NCBI GenBank assembly: GCA_041658485.1
Contig: JBBAAE010000001.1
Span: 11,889-75,888 of the forward strand
Reading direction: 5' to 3'
From: Minisyncoccota bacterium
Lineage (GTDB): Bacteria > Patescibacteriota > Minisyncoccia > Phycocordibacterales > Phycocordibacteraceae
Length of the DNA: 64,000 nucleotides
Positions 18,888-28,360 of the stretch are shown here, in pieces. The notes under the pieces are model-generated. The model was not told the DNA's origin. It searched no databases and worked only from the letters and a program-made list of their open reading frames with translations. Position 1 is the stretch's first letter; each line of letters opens with the position of its first letter. Made by a program: the position numbers and the translations under genes.

Positions 18888-20159
18888 TTAATATTCTCGT
18901 AAAGAAATTTGTGCTCCAATCTTACGCACCAAATCCAAGACGACTGATACAACAATGAGGAGCGCTGTACCGCCGATGGCAAGCGTACTAAGGCCCGTGA
19001 GAGATTGCATGATGAGCGGAAGAACGGCAACAACACCAAGAAACAATGCGCCAACCATAGTAATCCGCGTAATGACGGTGCCAAGATACTCTGCTGTTTG
19101 TACTCCTGGGCGTACCCCTGGCACAAACGCTCCGTTCTTCTGCAGATTGGTTGCGAGCATGTTTGGGTCAAAAGTAACTGCAGTGTAGAAGTATGTAAAG
19201 AGAAACACGAGGAGGAAATAAAACACTGCATAAATCACCGCACCACCACTCCACGAGAGAAGTGCGCTCGCAATTCCTGAAAGCCACACCACAGAAGATT
19301 TTGCTGCAAAATTCAAAAGGAGCTGAGGGAACAACAGAATGGAGAGGGCGAAAATAATAGGAATAACCCCTGCCTGATTTAAACGAAGCGGTAAGTAAGT
19401 AGAAACACCACCATACATTTTATTACCGCGAACTCTCTTTGCATATGTCACGGGGACTGGTCGTTCTGCTTCGGTCATGACCACAACGCCGTAGATAATA
19501 ACCAATGCTGCGATAACAAAGCCCATATAGAGAGGAATTTGCGCGGGGTTAAAGGAGAACAAAAGCTGTGCAAAATTCTGCGGAACGCTCGCAACGATAC
19601 CTGCAAAGATTATGAGCGACACACCATTACCAACACCAAACTCGGTCATAAGCTCTCCAATCCACATCAACAAGACCGAGCCTGCAGCTATGATAAGAAC
19701 ATTCAACATGAACGCCATGAGTGGAAGTTGGTCAACGATTCCCTGACTCTGGAATAAAGAGAGGTACGCGTAGCCTTGAATAAATGCGAGCGGAATAGAA
19801 AGTAATCGTGAGTACTGACTAAACTTCTTGCGTCCCTGATCTCCCTCCTCCTGATACATCATCTTCAACTTTGGGAACATGATGGTAAGAACTTGCATGA
19901 TGATGGACGCAGTGATGTATGGCGCAACACCGAGCATGACTATTGAAAGATTGGAAAGCCCTCCTCCTGAGAAAATATTGAGGAGACCAAGGAATTGATT
20001 ACTTGAAAAGAATTGCGAGAGACGCACCGGATCAATTCCTGGAATTGGTATCGTTGCGAGAAGTCTGAATACGGCAAGTGCCACAATGACAAAACCAATA
20101 CGCTTGAGAAGCATACCGTCGCTCAGAATGAGTTTGAGTTTTGCAAAGAATCCAGACAT
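18888..20159 (-). CDS. secY: Preprotein translocase SecY
   Basis: Motifs LGVAPYITASII, GVGNGVSLIIFAGI, NQAGVIPIIFA, GGTALLIVV. Confidence 0.98.
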   Translation of the reverse strand: MSGFFAKLKLILSDGMLLKRIGFVIVALAVFRLLATIPIPGIDPVRLSQFFSSNQFLGLLNIFSGGGLSNLSIVMLGVAPYITASIIMQVLTIMFPKLKMMYQEEGDQGRKKFSQYSRLLSIPLAFIQGYAYLSLFQSQGIVDQLPLMAFMLNVLIIAAGSVLLMWIGELMTEFGVGNGVSLIIFAGIVASVPQNFAQLLFSFNPAQIPLYMGFVIAALVIIYGVVVMTEAERPVPVTYAKRVRGNKMYGGVSTYLPLRLNQAGVIPIIFALSILLFPQLLLNFAAKSSVVWLSGIASALLSWSGGAVIYAVFYFLLVFLFTYFYTAVTFDPNMLATNLQKNGAFVPGVRPGVQTAEYLGTVITRITMVGALFLGVVAVLPLIMQSLTGLSTLAIGGTALLIVVSVVLDLVRKIGAQISLREY

Positions 20160-20171
20160 GGTAACCAGTGT

Positions 20172-20681
20172 TTAGCTTTTAGCTTTTAGCGAAGAGACAG
20201 CTTTCTTAGAAGGCATAACCTTCTTTGAAACAGGGGCGCGGACAGCACCTCCTGCTTTCTCAATTGTAGCTCGTGCTACTTCAGAGATGAAAACATCCTC
20301 AAAAGAGAGCTTCACGGTGAGTTCACCTCGCGCAAGAACTTTTATTGGAGGAACCTTACCGGAAATGCGTCGTACAACTCCAGCCTTTACGAGTGCGATA
20401 GGAGTAACGATATCCCCTGCCTTAAATTGTCTTGAGAGCGTATCGAAGTTCACCGTAGCAAATCTAACGCGAGGGACTGCGGTTCGAGAACGATTTCTAC
20501 CATACCCACGGCGTTTTGGAATTTTCTTGATTATATCTCGCCATTCTGGACGAAATTTTGCGCCAGCGCGTGATTTCTGACCTTTAGCACCACGACCAGA
20601 TGTCTTACCTCGTTTTCCTCCACGACCAACACGACGGCTTGTCGCATTACTCTTTGTTCGTGCCAATGTGTGAAGTTCCAT
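20172..20681 (-). CDS. rplO: 50S ribosomal protein L15
   Basis: RVGRGGKRGKTSGRGAKGQKSR. Confidence 0.95.
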   Translation of the reverse strand: MELHTLARTKSNATSRRVGRGGKRGKTSGRGAKGQKSRAGAKFRPEWRDIIKKIPKRRGYGRNRSRTAVPRVRFATVNFDTLSRQFKAGDIVTPIALVKAGVVRRISGKVPPIKVLARGELTVKLSFEDVFISEVARATIEKAGGAVRAPVSKKVMPSKKAVSSLKAKS

Positions 20682-20682
20682 A

Positions 20683-21306
20683 TTATTTCTTTAGACTTGA
20701 AAGTGCCTTAATGGTTGCTCGTGCAATGTTGAGTTTATTTTTAGATGGTGACAAAACTTTTGCCGTCACATCTTTAATTCCCGCTAGCTCCAAAACAATT
20801 TTAACTGCAGAGCCAGCCACAATACCGCGCTCAGGAGAAGGACGAATGGCAACTATCCCTGAAGATGTCTTTGCCATCACATCGTGTGCAATGCTCATGG
20901 TCTTTGTCATTCTGACAGTAATCATGTTCTTTTTTGCATCACGGAGAGCCTTCTCAATTGCAAGTGCTGTGTCCCCCCCTTTACCGATACCTATTCCTAC
21001 ACGACCTTTTCTGTCTCCTGCGGCAATAGCTGCAGAGAATGAAAAGCGTCTACCTCCTGCCATAACGCGAGCAACACGACGAATGAGGATGGTTCTCTGA
21101 TCAAATTCTGCTCGTTCACGAGGTTCACGCTTTCGGTCTCCCCCACGAGAAGGTCGGCGATCACCACCAGCGCCAGCGCCACCACGAACAGGCCTGCGAC
21201 CACGAGGAGCATTACCTGGCGCACGAGATGCGGGAGCAACAGGAGCCGATGCTGGAGTTGCGTCGGTTGTATTTTCAGATACTGGTGTGTTTTGTTCGTC
21301 GTTCAT
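20683..21306 (-). CDS. rpsE: 30S ribosomal protein S5
   Basis: RRVARVMAGGRRFSF. rplO follows directly, so there is no rpmD. Confidence 0.96.
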   Translation of the reverse strand: MNDEQNTPVSENTTDATPASAPVAPASRAPGNAPRGRRPVRGGAGAGGDRRPSRGGDRKREPRERAEFDQRTILIRRVARVMAGGRRFSFSAAIAAGDRKGRVGIGIGKGGDTALAIEKALRDAKKNMITVRMTKTMSIAHDVMAKTSSGIVAIRPSPERGIVAGSAVKIVLELAGIKDVTAKVLSPSKNKLNIARATIKALSSLKK

Positions 21307-21328
21307 ATTCTAAAATGGTGAAGCTAGA

Positions 21329-21685
21329 TTAAAATTCCAATCCTCCAGCTCTCGCAGCTTCTGCTAATGCTCGGACGCGTCCCGTGTAGGTGAAGCCCCC
21401 TCGATCAAAGACAATCTTCTTTACGCCCTTTAAAAGTGCAGCTGCTGCAACGCGTTCACCGACAATTTTTGCATCCTCCATCATAGTCTTACCTTTCACA
21501 TCCATAGACGAAGCGCTTGCAATAGTGACCTGTTTATCATCATCAATGAGTTGTGCGTAGAAATATTTATTTGAACGAAATACAGCAAGACGAGGGCACG
21601 AAGCTGTGCCTTTTACCTTCGCACGGATACGGCGATGGCGACGAGCGCGAAGAGCAGATTGAGTTTTTGGAGTGAGTTTAGACAT
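21329..21685 (-). CDS. rplR: 50S ribosomal protein L18
   Basis: PRLAVFRSNK, VFDRGGFTYTGRV. Confidence 0.97.
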   Translation of the reverse strand: MSKLTPKTQSALRARRHRRIRAKVKGTASCPRLAVFRSNKYFYAQLIDDDKQVTIASASSMDVKGKTMMEDAKIVGERVAAAALLKGVKKIVFDRGGFTYTGRVRALAEAARAGGLEF

Positions 21686-21690
21686 ACAAA

Positions 21691-22227
21691 TTATGCAGAT
21701 GCTTTCTTACCTTGCTTACGGCGCACATACTCACCATCGTAACGAATCCCCTTACCTTTATATGGCTCAGGTTTCTTCACTGCACGAACAACTGCAGAAA
21801 ACTGACCTACTGCATCTTTATCAATACCACTCACCGTGATTTGGTTCTTCTCAACAACAACATCAATGCCCTCAGGGATTGCCAAAATTACTGGATGAGA
21901 AAATCCAACGAGGAATTTCATATTCCTTCCCTGCACTTCAACGCGGTACCCGATACCTTCAAGAGTTAATTTCTTTTCGTATTTCTTATTCACACCAGCA
22001 ATCATATTCTTGAGGTGAGATGCAAATGTTCCCCAGAGAGAGCGCGCAAGTTTTGAAGAATTCAAAGGCGCAACCGTTACGGCTTCACCTTCAACAGTTA
22101 CCGATACCATCGAGTGTACTGGTCGTGTTATTACGCCCAAAGGACCCTTCACAGTCAACACGCCCTCAGCAACTGAGATCTGCGTATTTGCTGGAATGGT
22201 GATTGGGTTTTTACCGATGCGTGACAT
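21691..22227 (-). CDS. rplF: 50S ribosomal protein L6
   Basis: MSRIGK, PEPYKGKGIRY. Confidence 0.98.
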   Translation of the reverse strand: MSRIGKNPITIPANTQISVAEGVLTVKGPLGVITRPVHSMVSVTVEGEAVTVAPLNSSKLARSLWGTFASHLKNMIAGVNKKYEKKLTLEGIGYRVEVQGRNMKFLVGFSHPVILAIPEGIDVVVEKNQITVSGIDKDAVGQFSAVVRAVKKPEPYKGKGIRYDGEYVRRKQGKKASA

Positions 22228-22254
22228 ATATATTTTTGTAGTGATTGTATTGGA

Positions 22255-22650
22255 TTACCAGATTTTGAAAAGCGTTTCTCCTCCGAGTCTATTTTGTCTC
22301 GCCTCACGATCAGTGACGATGCCCTGTGGTGTAGAAAGTACCATAAGTCCTTTGCCGTACTTCACAGGGAACACTTCGCGAGCTTTTGCATACAAACGGC
22401 GACCAGGCTTCGAAATTCTTTTAACGCCGTTGATTCTTGGAAGGCCTTCAGCATCGTAGAGCAATTCAACAACGAGAGTCTTATGAATCCCTGAACCTTC
22501 TTCAGAAACTTCACCAAGGTATCCCGACTTACGGAGTGCAAGTGCTACAGCAAGCTTGAGTTTGGAAAATGGCACAGCAACTGATGCTTTGCGCACCGCT
22601 GTGGCGTTTTTCAAACGAACAATGAAATCTCCAATAGGATCTGTAATCAT
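22255..22650 (-). CDS. rpsH: 30S ribosomal protein S8
   Basis: TDPIGD, RISKPGRRLY, LSTPQG. Confidence 0.97.
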   Translation of the reverse strand: MITDPIGDFIVRLKNATAVRKASVAVPFSKLKLAVALALRKSGYLGEVSEEGSGIHKTLVVELLYDAEGLPRINGVKRISKPGRRLYAKAREVFPVKYGKGLMVLSTPQGIVTDREARQNRLGGETLFKIW

Positions 22651-22674
22651 GATGAAATTATTGCTGTGGATGAA

Positions 22675-22944
22675 TTACCAAGAAGACTTCTTAACACCTG
22701 GGATCTCCCCTCGGCGTGCCATCTCACGAAACTGAATACGAGAAAGACCGAAATGACGCATATAACCCTGACCACGGCCAGTAACCGCGCAACGATTCTT
22801 CACACGAATCGGTGAAGCATCTTTAGGAAGCTTTTGAAGTGCTTCCCAGTCTCCTGCCTTTTTCAAGGTAGCGCGCTTCACAGCAAAACGAGCGACCGTC
22901 TTGATACGCTTAGAATTACGAGCTAGTTGTGATTTTTTTGCCAT
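22675..22944 (-). CDS. rpsN: 30S ribosomal protein S14, 89-aa zinc-independent (C-) type
   Basis: [25 protein letters not shown]; a single Cys. Confidence 0.96.
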   Translation of the reverse strand: MAKKSQLARNSKRIKTVARFAVKRATLKKAGDWEALQKLPKDASPIRVKNRCAVTGRGQGYMRHFGLSRIQFREMARRGEIPGVKKSSW

Positions 22945-23223
22945 TTTTTAGAATTCCTCTGAAAATCGCGATCTGCTTTGTTGCAGGATTCGAGCATGCC
23001 AGAGTCGTCGTATGATGCATACGCCTCCCGACCTGTTCTTCCTGCGCCTCGCATATCATCGATTTGCAAAGGACTTTGGGGAACCGTCGCTTTCGTCCAT
23101 TTGGACCAGAGCGGGGTATTCGCCTTTTTGAGCCTTCTTCCGTATCCCGAGGGCCGAGACCTTAAAGAAAAAGCGCTTCGAAAAGCTTTTTCAAGAATAG
23201 CAGAAAGGAACTGAGAGGTCAAA

Positions 23224-23634
23224 TTATGCTCCACCTCCTACAATAGGCTTCCCGGCATCTGGTCCTCCAGTAAAATCTTTAAGATCGCCAGACCTTACAG
23301 TAACAAACAATTCCCCACCCATTGGTACCTCTCTATCAGTTTCAATGAGAATACCGTAACTAACACCTTTCAGTTGACTCAAAACAGCCTCAAGGGCCTT
23401 GTAACCTGCCGTCTCTCGTATTTGACTTGGAGAAAGACCAAGAAATGCTAATTCTCTCCGGGCAAGAACTACACCGCTCTTCTCCCCTGTGGCAGCAAGA
23501 GCTTTTTCGACTTGTGTTCCCAAACGAGAAGCCATGAGCTTCAAAGAACGATCGATAGTATCGAGTGCCCCACGAAGCACAGGGGCCTCTAATATTTTCC
23601 TCCCATTGTCAGGAGATGAAATAGCTTCACCCAT
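23224..23634 (-). CDS. Hypothetical protein (136 aa) inserted between rplE and rpsN
   Basis: ORF from MGEAISS; TTGACA..CATACT promoter-like pair just upstream. Confidence 0.6.
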   Translation of the reverse strand: MGEAISSPDNGRKILEAPVLRGALDTIDRSLKLMASRLGTQVEKALAATGEKSGVVLARRELAFLGLSPSQIRETAGYKALEAVLSQLKGVSYGILIETDREVPMGGELFVTVRSGDLKDFTGGPDAGKPIVGGGA

Positions 23635-23735
23635 ATATTTACAGTATGTGTGAAATGAAAAATCTGTCAATAAATTAACAAAAACAAACAAGAAAGTGCC
23701 CTCCTTATCCAATTATCCAAATTTTTAAGTTCCAA

Positions 23736-23864
23736 TTATTTGTTGGGCTTCGGAACAAGAAAAGGTCCCGGAAGGGGCTTACCAGTAAGTCCAAGACCTT
23801 TGAGTAATGCCGCTACATCTTCTTTTGGAGGAACAGGAAAAGAAGTCGAGCTTTCGTACGCCAT
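23736..23864 (-). CDS. 42-aa Pro-rich micro-ORF (MAYESSTSFPVPPKEDVAALLKGLGLTGKPLPGPFLVPKPNK)
   Basis: Translated by hand; ATG 18 nt after the rplE stop. Confidence 0.45.
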   Translation of the reverse strand: MAYESSTSFPVPPKEDVAALLKGLGLTGKPLPGPFLVPKPNK

Positions 23865-23882
23865 AAGAACTAAAAAACAAAC

Positions 23883-24422
23883 TTAAACTGCTTCCTGAAG
23901 TGGAACCCCAATGTGGCGGAAGAAGGCCTCTGCCTGCTTTGCGTCTTTTGCGGTCGTGACGATGGTGATAGCAAGGCCAAACACATCTTTCAACTCTTCG
24001 TCTGAAGTCTCAGGGAAAATAGTGTGCTCTTTGATACCAAGCGTGATGTTACCAAGTGAATCAATCGCTTTTGCAGAGAGTCCACGGAAGTCACGGGTAC
24101 GAGGAAGAGAGATATGAACAAGTTTGTCCAAGAAATCATACATGCGAGCACCACGGAGTGTTACTTGGTAACCTACAGGATCCCCTTCACGAACCTTGAA
24201 TGAAGCAACTGATTTCTTTGCACCACGAACCGCTGCTTTTTGACCAGTAATCAAAGCAAGTCTGTCTTCAATGACTTCAATTTTCTTTTTATCTTTTATC
24301 TTTCCAATACCTGTTGAAATAACCACCTTCACAAGGTGTGGTGCTTGAAAGACATTCTTGTAACCAAAATCCCCCTTTAGGGTTTTGAATGCGCTTTTTT
24401 CTTGTGTACGAACTGATTGCAT
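23883..24422 (-). CDS. rplE: 50S ribosomal protein L5
   Basis: ITGQK, FKVREG, VTLRG, LPRTRDFRG. Confidence 0.97.
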   Translation of the reverse strand: MQSVRTQEKSAFKTLKGDFGYKNVFQAPHLVKVVISTGIGKIKDKKKIEVIEDRLALITGQKAAVRGAKKSVASFKVREGDPVGYQVTLRGARMYDFLDKLVHISLPRTRDFRGLSAKAIDSLGNITLGIKEHTIFPETSDEELKDVFGLAITIVTTAKDAKQAEAFFRHIGVPLQEAV

Positions 24423-24429
24423 ATATTTT

Positions 24430-24732
24430 TTATACTTCTGAACCACTCTTAACGGCTACGCGGACACGCTTATCTCCCTTCATTTTAATCGAAATACGAG
24501 TACCCTTGCCTGACTTTGGATCAACGAGCATTGCATTTGATACATGAAACGGCATCGACATATCAACAATCTGACCTTTTTTGTTGCCACGAGGTTTCTG
24601 ATGCTTCTTCTTCATATTCAAACCTTCCACAATAATTTTACTTACCGCTGGAAGCGCTCTCGTTACCGTGCCTGTCTTACCTTTATCCTTGCCGGTAATG
24701 ATTATGACTTTATCTCCTTTTCTTATTTTCAT
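24430..24732 (-). CDS. rplX: 50S ribosomal protein L24
   Basis: KIRKGDKVIIITGKDKGK (KOW motif). Confidence 0.97.
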   Translation of the reverse strand: MKIRKGDKVIIITGKDKGKTGTVTRALPAVSKIIVEGLNMKKKHQKPRGNKKGQIVDMSMPFHVSNAMLVDPKSGKGTRISIKMKGDKRVRVAVKSGSEV

Positions 24733-24785
24733 ATTGTTTTTGTTTTTGTGTTTTTCTTCTCTCCTCCCTAAAAGCTAAAAGCTTC

Positions 24786-25166
24786 TTATACTACTTCTGG
24801 CGCAAGAGAGCCAATCTTCTGATATCCCAAATCGACGATTTCGCGAGGGATTGGACCGAAGACACGATTTGCCTTTGGTTCAAAAGGATCTTTTGCATTC
24901 TTTGAAAGAATCACCACAGCATTATCATCGAAGCGAATATAGGAACCATCAACACGACGGAATGTCTTTCTTTGTCGAACTACTACCGCAGTCAATACAT
25001 CTTTTTTCTTAACCATTTTTCGTGGTTCAGCAGACTGCACAGAAAGCACTACTCTGTCGCCAATCTGAGCAATAGTTTTTTTGGAACCACCAAGCACTTT
25101 GAAAATGCGTCCAACCTTTCCGCCGGTGTTATCTGCAATGATGACGAGTGAGCGATCTTGAATCAT
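24786..25166 (-). CDS. rplN: 50S ribosomal protein L14
   Basis: ADNTG, IRFDDNAVV, RVFGP, SLAPEV. Confidence 0.97.
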   Translation of the reverse strand: MIQDRSLVIIADNTGGKVGRIFKVLGGSKKTIAQIGDRVVLSVQSAEPRKMVKKKDVLTAVVVRQRKTFRRVDGSYIRFDDNAVVILSKNAKDPFEPKANRVFGPIPREIVDLGYQKIGSLAPEVV

Positions 25167-25402
25167 ATAACTATGAAATGTTTATTCTTCGACATTGGGC
25201 GACATGGCTGAATGGTGACGCGCTCTCCTTCTTTCTTTGTATTCCCTGCGTCATGCGCAAGATACTTCTTTGTTTTCTTCACATACTTTTTATACTTTGA
25301 ATCCTTCACATAGCGATTTACAGCAACCGTTATCGTGTCTTTCATTTTTGTGGATACGACCACGCCGGTGAGTGTTTTCTGATTTTTTGTGTTTGTTTCC
25401 AT
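25163..25402 (-). CDS. rpsQ: 30S ribosomal protein S17
   Basis: GVVVSTKMKDTI, CRPMSKNKH. Confidence 0.96.
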   Translation of the reverse strand: METNTKNQKTLTGVVVSTKMKDTITVAVNRYVKDSKYKKYVKKTKKYLAHDAGNTKKEGERVTIQPCRPMSKNKHFIVI

Positions 25403-25407
25403 ATAGT

Positions 25408-25596
25408 TTATGCCTCTCTTTCTGCCATGACTAGCTTAATACGGGCGATGTCGGCACGAATTCCGCGAGCCTTGCGGACATTCTTAGTGCGTGATCCCGA
25501 CATACCAAAACGAAATTCACGAAGCTCAATTTCGAGCTCACCAAGAGCCTTCATAAGCTCACTATCAGTCTTCTTCCTAACATCTATAGCTTTCAT
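25408..25596 (-). CDS. rpmC: 50S ribosomal protein L29
   Basis: RADIARIK; position between rplP and rpsQ. Confidence 0.92.
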   Translation of the reverse strand: MKAIDVRKKTDSELMKALGELEIELREFRFGMSGSRTKNVRKARGIRADIARIKLVMAEREA

Positions 25597-25604
25597 ATGC
25601 AAAT

Positions 25605-26024
25605 TTAGTGGCGAGCAATTACGGTCGTTTTAACTGACAATTTAGTTGCAGCTTTGCGAAGCGCTTCTCTCGCAATCGCATCAGTAACACCGTCGATTTC
25701 AAAGAGAATTCTGCCTGGCTTTACCTCAACAACAAAACGGTATGGGTCACCCTTACCCTTACCCATCGGCAATTCCCCTCCCTTCTTCGTATCAGGACGG
25801 TCAGGAAATACACGGATCCACACACGGCCAGTTTTACCGAGAAGTCGTGCTCCCGCTCGACGAGCAGCCTCAAGCTGATTTGATGAAATACGATCAGAGG
25901 TAAGCGCTTTCAACCCATGAGAACCGAAGGCAAGCGTAATACCACGCGTTGCGACCTGCTTCTTGTTAGGGTTTACGCGTGAGCGTTGCCACTTTCTATA
26001 TTTAACTTTTTTTGGAAACAACAT
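25605..26024 (-). CDS. rplP: 50S ribosomal protein L16
   Basis: PKKVKYRK, WIRVFPD, MGKGKG. Confidence 0.97.
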   Translation of the reverse strand: MLFPKKVKYRKWQRSRVNPNKKQVATRGITLAFGSHGLKALTSDRISSNQLEAARRAGARLLGKTGRVWIRVFPDRPDTKKGGELPMGKGKGDPYRFVVEVKPGRILFEIDGVTDAIAREALRKAATKLSVKTTVIARH

Positions 26025-26030
26025 AAAAAT

Positions 26031-26711
26031 TTATACCTTTGGACGTGACGCATCATCAGCGAAAATATCGCCACGATAAATCCAAACCTTAACGCCGATT
26101 TTGCCCAAAGGAAGTTGTGCTGCTATCTGCGCATAATCAATGTCTGCGCGGAATGTCTGAAGAGGGATACGTCCACGCTTCAATTCTTCAGTGCGTGACA
26201 TAGAGCCTGAACCGAGCATGCCAGCAACAGCAATACGCACACCCTTCACATCCCTATTTGCCATAACCTTATCAATGGTCTGTTTCAAAACACGGCGGAA
26301 AGGAAGGCGCTTCTCGAGACTCTCTACCACCATACCTGCAACAATTGCTGCATTAGATTCAGGAGATCTGACTTCAATAACATCAAGGTGAAGCGCGGGC
26401 ACTGACGAAAGCTTCATGCTTTTGAGCATTTGGTGCAAATCCTTTTTCAATTTTGTTGCACCTTCACCTGAGCGACCAATAACCATACCTGGACGTGCTG
26501 TGTGAATCTGGACGCGCAAATCTTTTTGGGAACGCTCAATTTCAACATGCGACACATAGCTTCCACGAAGGCGCTTTGTCAAAAATTGACGAATCATGGC
26601 GTCAGTGCGAATGAATTCACGGTTCTTTTTTGCAGAACCAGCAAACCAACGACTCTGCCAATCCCTAAGGATGCCGAGACGGTGCGCGTATGGATGAACG
26701 ATTTTTGTCAT
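26031..26711 (-). CDS. rpsC: 30S ribosomal protein S3
   Basis: ARPGMVIGRSG, PLQTFRADIDY, GVKVWI. Confidence 0.97.
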   Translation of the reverse strand: MTKIVHPYAHRLGILRDWQSRWFAGSAKKNREFIRTDAMIRQFLTKRLRGSYVSHVEIERSQKDLRVQIHTARPGMVIGRSGEGATKLKKDLHQMLKSMKLSSVPALHLDVIEVRSPESNAAIVAGMVVESLEKRLPFRRVLKQTIDKVMANRDVKGVRIAVAGMLGSGSMSRTEELKRGRIPLQTFRADIDYAQIAAQLPLGKIGVKVWIYRGDIFADDASRPKV

Positions 26712-26713
26712 AA

Positions 26714-27055
26714 TTATTTTTTCTTCTTTGGCTTTGCTTTCCCTAAAGTCACTGTTATATGGCTCATTCTATGGCGAATTGGGGACGAACGACCAAATGC
26801 ACGAGGCATCGAGCGCATAGCAACCAAACCTTTATTGACCGTAATATTTTGAACAACGAGAGTTCTTCCGTCTTCGCCTTGCTTCTCAGCGTTTGCGACA
26901 GCAGAAGAAATGAGTTTTGCCATGGGACCTGCGGCGCGCTTATCCAAGAACTTCAGTGCAAGAAGCGCTTCCTCAATGCCCTTACCCTTCACAAGCTCAG
27001 TAACGAGTCTGGTTTTTCGTGGAGTCTGCTTGTAATTGGAAAGTGTCGCCTTCAT
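26714..27055 (-). CDS. rplV: 50S ribosomal protein L22
   Basis: TPRKTRLV, SAVANA, PRAFGR, SHITV. Confidence 0.97.
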   Translation of the reverse strand: MKATLSNYKQTPRKTRLVTELVKGKGIEEALLALKFLDKRAAGPMAKLISSAVANAEKQGEDGRTLVVQNITVNKGLVAMRSMPRAFGRSSPIRHRMSHITVTLGKAKPKKKK

Positions 27056-27080
27056 ATGCTGATTCTAGGGGTATCAAAAA

Positions 27081-27440
27081 TTACTTCTTTGCGGGAGCCT
27101 TAGCTTTACCGTCGGCTGGAGACTTAGCTGCTTGGGCTGCTGCAATTTCAGATTCTTTCTTCTTCTGCTCAAGTTCTTTCTGCATCTTACCTCCGTGACG
27201 AGTAAATTTCGTTGTTGATGAAAATTCACCAAGACGATGCCCTACCATTTCTTCTGTAACAAATACCTCAGGGAAATCCTTTCCGTTATGGACAAGAAAA
27301 ACAAAACCAACCATTTCAGGACTGATTTCAGATGCACGAGCCCATGTTTTAATAGGCGCCGTTGTTGCAGGCTTCTTGCCTTCAATCTTCTTTAGAAGCT
27401 TGTGGGCGACATACGGACCTTTTTTAAGTGAACGAGACAT
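27081..27440 (-). CDS. rpsS: 30S ribosomal protein S19
   Basis: [19 protein letters not shown]. Confidence 0.97.
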   Translation of the reverse strand: MSRSLKKGPYVAHKLLKKIEGKKPATTAPIKTWARASEISPEMVGFVFLVHNGKDFPEVFVTEEMVGHRLGEFSSTTKFTRHGGKMQKELEQKKKESEIAAAQAAKSPADGKAKAPAKK

Positions 27441-27503
27441 TGTTGTAGTTTTGACCCAAATGAAGTGCGCACTAAGAAAAATGCGCCCTTACGAGCTTTG
27501 GGC

Positions 27504-27533
27504 ATACTATCCCAATCACCCACTCACTGTCAA
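27504..27533 (-). promoter_or_regulatory. Sigma70-type promoter for the rpsS segment
   Basis: Minus strand TTGACA-18 nt-TAGTAT. Confidence 0.65.
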
Positions 27534-27535
27534 CA

Positions 27536-27569
27536 TCATTTGTGCAACCTCCGGAGGTTGCACAAATGA
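27536..27569. repeat. REP-like perfect 34-bp palindrome (left of RAYT)
   Basis: tcatttgtgcaacctcc|ggaggttgcacaaatga. Confidence 0.9.
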
Positions 27570-27587
27570 CATATCGTATAAAAAAAA

Positions 27588-28286
27588 TTACAAAATAATA
27601 ATGCCTTCAAGCTCCTCAGCTAAAAGTTTTTTGTTGGTTGTTTTAACAAAATCAGCGTAATTACTTTTTGCTGTTATGGCAAACTGCCCTGTAATGATTT
27701 CGGGCACTATGAGTCCTCCCCATCGGTTTGCATCAGTAAAATCTTGGAGCGACGACCAAGGATATTCAAATTCCTTTCCTGACCATTCTCGTGTATCACG
27801 AGGGTTTCTATGAATGTAGGCGGATGTGTAGAGAAGTTGAGAGTCTGTCTTTACATGCACCGCTTTATACGGACCCTGAAATACATGCCCAGTGGCGTCA
27901 TATTTAACATTATAATATTTTGTATATCCATCAGACACACGTTGCATATAGCGTGCGATTCCACCTTCAATAGTTTCTTTGACCAGTAAGTGAAAATGGT
28001 TGGACATCAGACAAAAACAAACCACTTCTACAAAACGACTCTCGATAATGGACTCGATATCTTCGTTAGGAACAGAAAAACCAATATCCGGAACAAAACT
28101 TTCCGTAATGCGATGTATATTTTTAAACTCGTGCGGGGATTGGAGAAACAGCACATTAAAAAGGAATCGCCGCCAATCGTTTTTTTCTTTAAAAACCGTT
28201 TGTCGGTGAGCTCCGCGATTAAAAATATGGTAGTACTCCCCTGGAGCAATTCCTTCTCGCGATTTTAGTAATACTTTAGGCATCAA
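27588..28286 (-). mobile_element. REP-associated tyrosine transposase (RAYT; IS200/Y1 HUH family)
   Basis: Motifs YYHIFNRG, CLMSNHFHLL (HUH), YIHRNP (catalytic Tyr), YPWSS; flanked by twin palindromes. Confidence 0.9.
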
Positions 28287-28299
28287 TGTAGACTAACAC

Positions 28300-28335
28300 G
28301 CCCCTTGTGCAACCTCCGGAGGTTGCACAAGGGGC
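28300..28335. repeat. REP-like perfect 36-bp palindrome (right of RAYT)
   Basis: gccccttgtgcaacctcc|ggaggttgcacaaggggc; 26-bp core identical to the left copy. Confidence 0.9.
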
Positions 28336-28360
28336 TCGAAACCAAAAATATTTGCCGAGA

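Noticed and set aside
20681-20683. Missing rpmD (L30) as a novelty
   Set aside because: Established CPR-wide trait; used only as a taxonomic clue.
22960-23110. tRNA (ctcgaatcc) or hammerhead ribozyme (gtcc..ggacgaaa) in the rpsN upstream region
   Set aside because: No cloverleaf can be built and the CUGAnGA core is absent.
27536-28335. CRISPR array from the twin palindromes
   Set aside because: Only two copies, separated by a 700-nt transposase gene; no spacers or cas genes.
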